From positions 1 through 64,000 of the forward strand of contig CBDHDG010000001.1 in the NCBI GenBank assembly GCA_965261595.1: a DNA stretch of 64,000 nt, given 5' to 3'. This DNA comes from a bacterium. Its GTDB lineage: Bacteria > UBA8248 > JACPRG01 > G963555815. Shown here one piece after another: positions 57,902 through 64,000 of this stretch (position 1 is the stretch's first letter; each line of letters begins with the position of its first letter). The position numbers and the translations under genes were made by a program. The notes beneath the pieces were generated by a model. It was not told where the DNA came from, ran no database searches, and saw nothing but the letters and a program-made list of their open reading frames with translations.

Positions 57902-59575
57902 TTGCGACTCATTGATCTCGCAAAACGTGGGCGTCCCGCCAAAATCGAAGACCAGGAGGAAAAACTTCCTCCCGCGTCCAAGACCGACGAATCCCAGACC
58001 AGGGAGTCCGAGCCCGAAGCCCTTTCCGGCGTGGACGATCGGACTGCAAGATCCATGAAATCCGTAGACGAACAACCTTCCCCGGAACCCGTGCGCACAC
58101 AATCCCCGCCACCCCTGGCGCCAGAGGCTGAAGAGCCTTTTCCACTCCCGGAACTGGTGGACGAGCAGCCTTTTCCACCCGCGGAACCCGTCGAAGATCC
58201 ACCCTCTCCGCACCCGGAACCCGTAAGCGATCAACCTGCTCCATCTCAGGAACCGGTAGACGATCAGTCGCCCCCGGAACCAGTAGAGCGGATCTCCCTG
58301 AGTCGTATTCTGAGCATGAACCTTGATCGTTCGGATTCAGTGGCCTCCGAAAAAGAAACGCCTCTGGACATCACACTGGAGAGCGGCGAAGGGGAGACCC
58401 CTTTCAAGCCGGCGACCCGCGAAGGGAAAACCCCCCTCAGGCCGAAAAGAGAGTCAAGCAAAATCTCCTTGAAACCGAAGACCGGCGAAGGCGCTCTCCC
58501 CTTCGAAACGCAAACCCCGGGAGGGAAAACCCCTCTTTCCTTGGCATCGACTTTTGTGTCCCGCGCGGAGCAACCCGCGGAGATGGCCGAACCGGATGAA
58601 CCCCCGGTCGATGAGACGCCCTATTTTCTCCAGAAGCGCACGATTACGGACCTCCCGAACGCGCCCTCCGGCGCAAGCGATTCGGAGACCGGTCGGGCCC
58701 TGTATGACGATCTTCGCGGGAACCTCGTGAGAATCCTGCAAGGCATCTCTAAGAAGAAAAGGATTCGGTTGGACAAGCTTCATCCCCTGGTGGAAACCAT
58801 GGTCTCCGACGCGTCGGTCTTGGAAGATATCTACCGGATTGCGTTGTCCACCCGGGGAAAGAAAGGCGACCTGTCCAGCCATCTCATCCACGTGGCCACA
58901 TTCTCCGTGAAATTGGGCCAGGGACTCCGGCTGGCGGACGCGAAACTGAAACGGCTGAACCTGGCGGCCCTTCTACACGATGTGGGGATGTGCCTGGTCT
59001 CGCGGAAGCTTCCGGACAAGAAGGGCGCGCTCACGGCCCAGGAGACGACCCTGATCCAACGGCATCCGGAATTCGGCTTTCAGGTCGTCAAAGCCCATCT
59101 GGGCGACGATTACCTGTGGCTGGCCGAGGTCATCCGGCAGGAACACGAGCGAGACAACGGAAGCGGGTATCCTCAACAACTGTCCGGCAATGAGATTCAG
59201 GACATGGCTCAAATCATCGCCGTCGCCGATGTCTATGAAGCCTTGACCCACGACCGCCCTCATCGTCCCCGCCTGCTTCCCTACCGGGCGGTGCGGGATA
59301 TCATGGAACATCAAAAGAACCTCTTCTCCCCCAGCGTCCTGAAGGCCCTTCTCCAGCAGCTTTCGGTCTTTCCCATCAATTCACTGGTCCGGCTCAACTC
59401 CAACGCCATCGCGCGCGTCGTCGGCACGCATGCGGGGCAGCCCCTTCGTCCCGATGTCCAGGTGGTCTACGATCCGAAGGGGGATTACATCGAAGGCGGC
59501 CGCGCCATCTCGCTGCGGGAAAATCCCCTCCTGTACATCGTCGATTCGGTCGACGAATCGGAAGTCGGCCGGTAG
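57902..59575 (+). CDS. HD-GYP c-di-GMP phosphodiesterase with long Pro/Glu-rich repetitive N-terminus
   Basis: LHDVGM, HP..G, HER.NGSGYP, ADVYEAL...RPHR. Confidence 0.88.
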   Translation: MRLIDLAKRGRPAKIEDQEEKLPPASKTDESQTRESEPEALSGVDDRTARSMKSVDEQPSPEPVRTQSPPPLAPEAEEPFPLPELVDEQPFPPAEPVEDPPSPHPEPVSDQPAPSQEPVDDQSPPEPVERISLSRILSMNLDRSDSVASEKETPLDITLESGEGETPFKPATREGKTPLRPKRESSKISLKPKTGEGALPFETQTPGGKTPLSLASTFVSRAEQPAEMAEPDEPPVDETPYFLQKRTITDLPNAPSGASDSETGRALYDDLRGNLVRILQGISKKKRIRLDKLHPLVETMVSDASVLEDIYRIALSTRGKKGDLSSHLIHVATFSVKLGQGLRLADAKLKRLNLAALLHDVGMCLVSRKLPDKKGALTAQETTLIQRHPEFGFQVVKAHLGDDYLWLAEVIRQEHERDNGSGYPQQLSGNEIQDMAQIIAVADVYEALTHDRPHRPRLLPYRAVRDIMEHQKNLFSPSVLKALLQQLSVFPINSLVRLNSNAIARVVGTHAGQPLRPDVQVVYDPKGDYIEGGRAISLRENPLLYIVDSVDESEVGR

Positions 59576-59650
59576 CCTTTCGCCGGCCGCCCTCGCGCTG
59601 GATACTCAGCCGGCGGGAAATGAGCGGCAGCCGCTTCCCCGCCCGGTCTC

Positions 59651-60063
59651 TCAGCCGCCCCGATCTTCGGTTTCGACCTGAAACGCGTTCTGGATGTGAT
59701 GAATATCCGGACGCCCCCCGGCGGCAAGGTGATCCCCAAGACGTCAAACCGGCAATCCACCGTTTCCCCCAGGCCAACCAGGTAGGCCTGAGCGAGAACG
59801 GAAAGCTTGCGGCGCTTCCTTTCATCCACCGACAACTCGGGCGGGGCGAAATTTCCGGAAGAGCGCGTCTTCACTTCGACGAACACCAGAACGCCGCGGT
59901 GGCGGGCGATCAAGTCAATCTCCCCCAACCGGGTCCGGACGCTCCGGGCGATGATCTCATAACCCCGCTTTCGCAGGTAGCGCGCGCCCTCTTCCTCTCC
60001 CCGCCTCCCCAGCGCGTGACGCGGATCGGGGGGGGAGGGTTTGACCCTGTTCCAGAAAGCCAT
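59651..60063 (-). CDS. yraN: YraN-family nuclease with apparent frameshift in a G6 run at 59714-59719
   Basis: G..GE, GEIDLI, FVEVKTR, CRFDV; expected C-terminus HIQNAF lies in the adjacent frame. Confidence 0.8.
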
Positions 60064-60767
60064 CACGCCTCCGGACCAGCCGGAGGCCGGGAGATCGGCG
60101 CCGGACCGGATTCGGGAAGCCCCTCCCCCTCCTCCCCATTCGCGGGGCCGCATTGAACCTCCCGAACGGGGCGGAAGCTCTTTCGGTGAATGGGAGAGGG
60201 GCCGAGCCGCTTCAAAGCTTCCAGGTGGGCCGGGGTCGGATAACCCTTGTGGCGCGCGAACCCATATCCCGGGTGCAGGCGATCGAACTCCTCCATCTGT
60301 CTGTCCCGGCTGACTTTGGCGAGAATGGATGCGGCCGCGATGGACGCGCTTTGAGCGTCCCCATGAACCACCGGGGTCTGCTCGATGTGAAGGCCGGGGG
60401 GGAGGGGGACTGTGTGCAGGCCGTCCACCAAAAGACAATCGGGCGCGGGCATCAGGTGATGAACCGCCCCCGCCATGGCCCGCAGGGCGGCCTGGAGGAT
60501 GTTGATTCGGTCGATCACTTCCGCCGTTTCGGAAGCGACGGCCCACCCCCGCGCCTCATCCACAATCAGCCGATACAGGGATTCGCGCGCTTCCGGCTTC
60601 AGCCGCTTGGAGTCGTCCAGGCCCGGCAGCGCGCAATCGGGGGGCAGGACCACCGCCGCCGCGACGACCGGTCCGGCGATCGGCCCCCGTCCGGCCTCGT
60701 CCACGCCGGCCACACTGGACAGGCCGGCCCCCCATTTCTCTCGTTCCCAACGCCAGCCGACGGCCAC
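60063..60767 (-). CDS. rnhB: Ribonuclease HII
   Basis: GVDEAGRGP.AGPV, DSK.L, IAAASILAKV.RD, HKGY.T. Confidence 0.95.
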   Translation of the reverse strand: MAVGWRWEREKWGAGLSSVAGVDEAGRGPIAGPVVAAAVVLPPDCALPGLDDSKRLKPEARESLYRLIVDEARGWAVASETAEVIDRINILQAALRAMAGAVHHLMPAPDCLLVDGLHTVPLPPGLHIEQTPVVHGDAQSASIAAASILAKVSRDRQMEEFDRLHPGYGFARHKGYPTPAHLEALKRLGPSPIHRKSFRPVREVQCGPANGEEGEGLPESGPAPISRPPAGPEA

Positions 60768-60769
60768 GG

Positions 60770-61117
60770 TCAGCGGCGCTTGCGTTCCGAGATTCGAGCG
60801 GCCTTTCCCCGGAGATCTCTGAGGTAGTAGAGCTTGGCGCGGCGCACCTTGCCCAATCGCACCACTTCAATCTTGTCGATCTGCGGAGAATGCAACGGGA
60901 GTATCCGTTCCACGCCGACGCCGTAGGAGACCTTTCTCACGGTGAAGGTTTCCTTCGATCCTCCGCCCTTGCGGGCGATCACGATGCCCTCGAAGACTTG
61001 GATGCGCTCTTTTTCCCCTTCGGTGATTCGGGAGTGCACCCGCACCGTGTCCCCAGACCGGAAGTCCGGGATGTCCATCCTCATCTGGGATTTTTCCAGC
61101 TCATCAATCACGTTCAT
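60770..61117 (-). CDS. rplS: 50S ribosomal protein L19
   Basis: [31 protein letters not shown]. Confidence 0.97.
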   Translation of the reverse strand: MNVIDELEKSQMRMDIPDFRSGDTVRVHSRITEGEKERIQVFEGIVIARKGGGSKETFTVRKVSYGVGVERILPLHSPQIDKIEVVRLGKVRRAKLYYLRDLRGKAARISERKRR

Positions 61118-61895
61118 GACGGGTCAACCTCTCGTCCGATGAAACCCCACCGGGTTGTTTTTCCGTGCGCCCTGTGCGCCATTCGGCAATCCATTTGCGT
61201 TTCTCTTCATCCATCCCATCCTCACAGATGAGGTCGGGCCTTCTTTCGAGCGTCCTGAACAGCGCCTCCCGGGCCCGCCATTTTCGGATCTTCCCGTGAT
61301 CGCCCGATAGGAGCACCTTCGGCGCCCGCCTCCCATGGAACATCTCCGGACGGGTGTACTGGGGGAAATCCAGGAGGCCGGCGGCGAACGAATCCTCTTC
61401 GGCCGACTCCGCGCATCCCAACACCCCCGGGATCATCCTCGCGACCGCGTCGATCACGACGAGGGCGGGCAGCTCGCCGCCCGTCAGGACGTAATCGCCG
61501 ATGGAGATCTCTTCATCAACATAGATCTCCCGGACACGCTCATCCACTCCCTCATAACGGCCGCAGAGCAAAATGACGCGATCTTCCCGCGCCAGGGCCC
61601 GCGCCCCCTCCTGCGTCCAGGGCCGTCCCTGGGGCGTCAGGAAGATCACCTTCGCCCGGGGATCGCCGTTGCGCAAGCTCTCGACCGCCCGCCCGATCGG
61701 CTCGGCCGTCATGACCATCCCGCCCCCGCCCCCGTAGGGGTAATCGTCCGTGGAGCGATGGGGGTCATCGGTATGGTCTCTCAGGTCATGGACCCGAACG
61801 GTGAGAAGACCTCCATCGATGGCCTTGTGCAGGACGCCCTCGGCCAGGGGGGAATCGAACATTCGGGGAAAAATGGTGATGACCTCAAAGATCAA
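61104..61895 (-). CDS. trmD: tRNA (guanine37-N1) methyltransferase
   Basis: [34 protein letters not shown]. Confidence 0.97.
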   Translation of the reverse strand: MIFEVITIFPRMFDSPLAEGVLHKAIDGGLLTVRVHDLRDHTDDPHRSTDDYPYGGGGGMVMTAEPIGRAVESLRNGDPRAKVIFLTPQGRPWTQEGARALAREDRVILLCGRYEGVDERVREIYVDEEISIGDYVLTGGELPALVVIDAVARMIPGVLGCAESAEEDSFAAGLLDFPQYTRPEMFHGRRAPKVLLSGDHGKIRKWRAREALFRTLERRPDLICEDGMDEEKRKWIAEWRTGRTEKQPGGVSSDERLTRHERD

Positions 61896-62439
61896 CGCCC
61901 TCTCCTCCCGACACCCGAAGGCCCTCCGGGACGCTCACCCTCATTCGCCCTCCTTCCAGGTCCACCTCGCGGACAACCTCCCGGGTCATGGGCAAGAGAA
62001 CCTCCTCGTCGCCCGCTTGAACGACGAGCAGCTCGTTCTCGCCGCAGGGTCCGGTCGCCAGTATCCCGGTCAACCGGCCCACCGGATTTCCGGCGTCGTC
62101 CACAACCACTAGGCCGACCAGATCCTCCCACAGGTATTCATCCTCTTTCAGCGGAGGCAGGCGCTCTCGGTCCACGTGAATCTCCGCGTGAACCAAGGCC
62201 TCCGCGCCGTCCCGATCCGAGACCCCTTCGAGGCGGATCAGGACGCGGCGGCCGTGCGGACGGGAGGTCTCGACGCGCACCGGCCGACTCTCCCCCTCCC
62301 CCTTCCCTTCCCGAAGCAAAAGCCGGGCGCCCGGCGCCAGCGCATCGCCGCATTCCAGCCATGGCTCGACCGAAACCTCCCCCCGGATGCCGTGGGCCTT
62401 GGCGATCCGACCGAGGGCGACGGTCCGCGGTTGTTCCAC
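61885..62439 (-). CDS. rimM: Ribosome maturation factor
   Basis: G.I...HGIRGEV, EY.W.DL.G, PRC barrel; operon position. Confidence 0.93.
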   Translation of the reverse strand: MEQPRTVALGRIAKAHGIRGEVSVEPWLECGDALAPGARLLLREGKGEGESRPVRVETSRPHGRRVLIRLEGVSDRDGAEALVHAEIHVDRERLPPLKEDEYLWEDLVGLVVVDDAGNPVGRLTGILATGPCGENELLVVQAGDEEVLLPMTREVVREVDLEGGRMRVSVPEGLRVSGGEGVDL

Positions 62440-62444
62440 CCGTC

Positions 62445-62675
62445 CTATTCCAGGATCTCCAGGACGTACCGCTTGCCCTGGCGCGAGGAGACCACCGACA
62501 GGAGGGTGCGCATCGCCTTGGCCGTTCGACCTTCCCGGCCGATCACCTTGCCCAGGTCTCCTTCCGCCACCCTCAGCTCGAGCGTCGACGCATCCCCCCG
62601 GTCCACTTCGTCCACACGGACCTGATCCGGCTCATCGACCAGCGCCCTGGCGATATCTTCGATGAAGCCTTTCAC
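62445..62675 (-). CDS. khpA: KH-domain RNA-binding protein
   Basis: LVD.P, DLGKVIGREGRTAKAMR. Confidence 0.92.
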   Translation of the reverse strand: MKGFIEDIARALVDEPDQVRVDEVDRGDASTLELRVAEGDLGKVIGREGRTAKAMRTLLSVVSSRQGKRYVLEILE

Positions 62676-62721
62676 CGTCTCTCCCCTGAAAGGGCCGCGG
62701 GCTCAAAACCCCGAACGGCCC

Positions 62722-63003
62722 CTACGCCCCGCCGCCCGGCGCGGAATCGGCCAAAGACTCCGCGTGATACACGCCCGCCTTCTTGAAGATGGTCCGGACG
62801 GTGTCCGAAGGCCGGGCGCCGACCGACAGCCAGTAACGCGCGCGCTCCGGGTCGATGGACGCCGAGGGCGAGTCCGTCCCCGGATCGTAGGTTCCGAGAC
62901 TTTCAATGATCCTGCCGTCCCGCGGGGAGCGGGAATCTGCCACCACAACCCGGTATAAGGGATGCTTCTTGGCACCCATGCGCCAGAGCCGAATGCGAAC
63001 CAC
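62722..63003 (-). CDS. rpsP: 30S ribosomal protein S16
   Basis: [22 protein letters not shown]. Confidence 0.97.
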   Translation of the reverse strand: MVRIRLWRMGAKKHPLYRVVVADSRSPRDGRIIESLGTYDPGTDSPSASIDPERARYWLSVGARPSDTVRTIFKKAGVYHAESLADSAPGGGA

Positions 63004-63092
63004 CTGGTTTCCTCCTCGAGTGTCTGAATCCGTTTATCGGGCTCGGCGGAGGGCGCGCTCGGCCTTCCCCCTCGCCCATCGGCGTCCGTCTA

Positions 63093-64000
63093 TCAATTTC
63101 CGGGGAAACCGGGCAGCCCCGACAGGCCAGCCATCGCCCGCCGCCGCTTCCCGCCCCGCCCGCTCCGGGTCATCATACCCATCATTTTCTTCATCTGAGC
63201 GAACTGCTTGAGCAATTGATTCAGGTCCTGGACGGTGACGCCGCTGCCCGCCGCGATCCGGCGGCGGCGGCTTCCGTTGATGAGGGCGTGGTCTCTTCGC
63301 TCGGCCGGCGTCATCGAATCGATCATGGCCCCAATTTTGACCAGTTGATCCTCCCCGCCCTGAATCCCTTTCAGCTTGTTGACGCCCGGAATCATCTCGA
63401 GCAGCTCGTCCAGCGGACCCATTTTCTTCAACTGCAGGAGCTGGTCCCGGAAATCCTCCAACGTGAAAGAAGCGGTCCGGGCCTTCTCGGCGAGGTCCGC
63501 GGCCTCATCGGCCGACAGGGCGGATTCCGCCCGCTCGATCAGCGAGAGAACGTCCCCCATCCCGAGGATCCGGGAGGCCATCCGTTCCGGGTGAAAGGTC
63601 TCGAGCGCTTCCAGCCGCTCGCCGACGCCCAGGAACTTGATGGGGATCCCCACTTCCGCGCGAATCGACAGGGCGGCGCCCCCGCGCGCGTCTCCATCCA
63701 TCTTCGTCAGAACCACTCCGGTGAGATCGACCGATTCATGGAAGCCCCCGGCCAGATCGACAGCCTGCTGCCCCGTCATGGCGTCCGCCACGAGGAGCCG
63801 TTCGTCCGGCCCAATCGCCTCGCACATCCGTCCGAGCTCGCCCATCAGGTCTTCGTCCATCTGAAGCCGGCCGGCCGAATCCACGATCAGCACATCCGAT
63901 CCCTCCGCCCGGGCGGCCTCCAACGCCGCTTTTACGGCGGAAACGGGGTCCGCAACCCCCGCCGGATCGAACACAGGCGTCTCCAGCGACCGCCCCAATA
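63093..64000 (-). CDS. ffh: Signal recognition particle protein (3' part; starts beyond window)
   Basis: DSAGR, DAMTGQ, TKMDGDARGG, RILGMGD, M-domain SRRRRIA.GSG. Confidence 0.96.
   Translation of the reverse strand, partial: LGRSLETPVFDPAGVADPVSAVKAALEAARAEGSDVLIVDSAGRLQMDEDLMGELGRMCEAIGPDERLLVADAMTGQQAVDLAGGFHESVDLTGVVLTKMDGDARGGAALSIRAEVGIPIKFLGVGERLEALETFHPERMASRILGMGDVLSLIERAESALSADEAADLAEKARTASFTLEDFRDQLLQLKKMGPLDELLEMIPGVNKLKGIQGGEDQLVKIGAMIDSMTPAERRDHALINGSRRRRIAAGSGVTVQDLNQLLKQFAQMKKMMGMMTRSGRGGKRRRAMAGLSGLPGFPGN

Overview
GC-rich bacterial chromosomal window. The gene set (RomR-like regulator next to valS, long-form HflX, NrfD-anchored Mo enzyme, selenoproteins) resembles Deltaproteobacteria-like, Nitrospinota or Tectomicrobia-type lineages; this placement is inference only. 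1-21 kb is an accessory catabolic region: NitT/TauT ABC transporters, tandem FAH-family hydrolases, a PadBCD-like molybdoenzyme with MoaD, a Rieske oxygenase, two cyclic amidohydrolases, a maleate-isomerase-family protein and a NicX-like protein. Its first 12 kb contain two exact inverted duplications with gene-breaking junctions, probably amplification or assembly chimeras. 21-36 kb holds gdhA, a comDE-like pair, two convergent UGA-containing selenoprotein genes missed by the ORF track, a DnaA-box-like cluster, a 2-oxoacid dehydrogenase E1a/E1b/E2 set, pepA and ubiX. At 36.6-39 kb an IS3-family element sits in the stop codon of a NYN/LabA nuclease gene. That gene is preceded by a sigma70 promoter and a compact three-way-junction RNA, which is the best candidate here for a novel RNA-controlled nuclease or toxin-antitoxin system. 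39-64 kb is mostly housekeeping (hflX, ribF, tolC, ruvX, mltG, valS, birA, coaX, yraN-rnhB-rplS-trmD-rimM-khpA-rpsP-ffh), plus two ExeA-like ATPases (one split by an IS1595 element) and an HD-GYP protein. No tRNA, rRNA or CRISPR array was seen.
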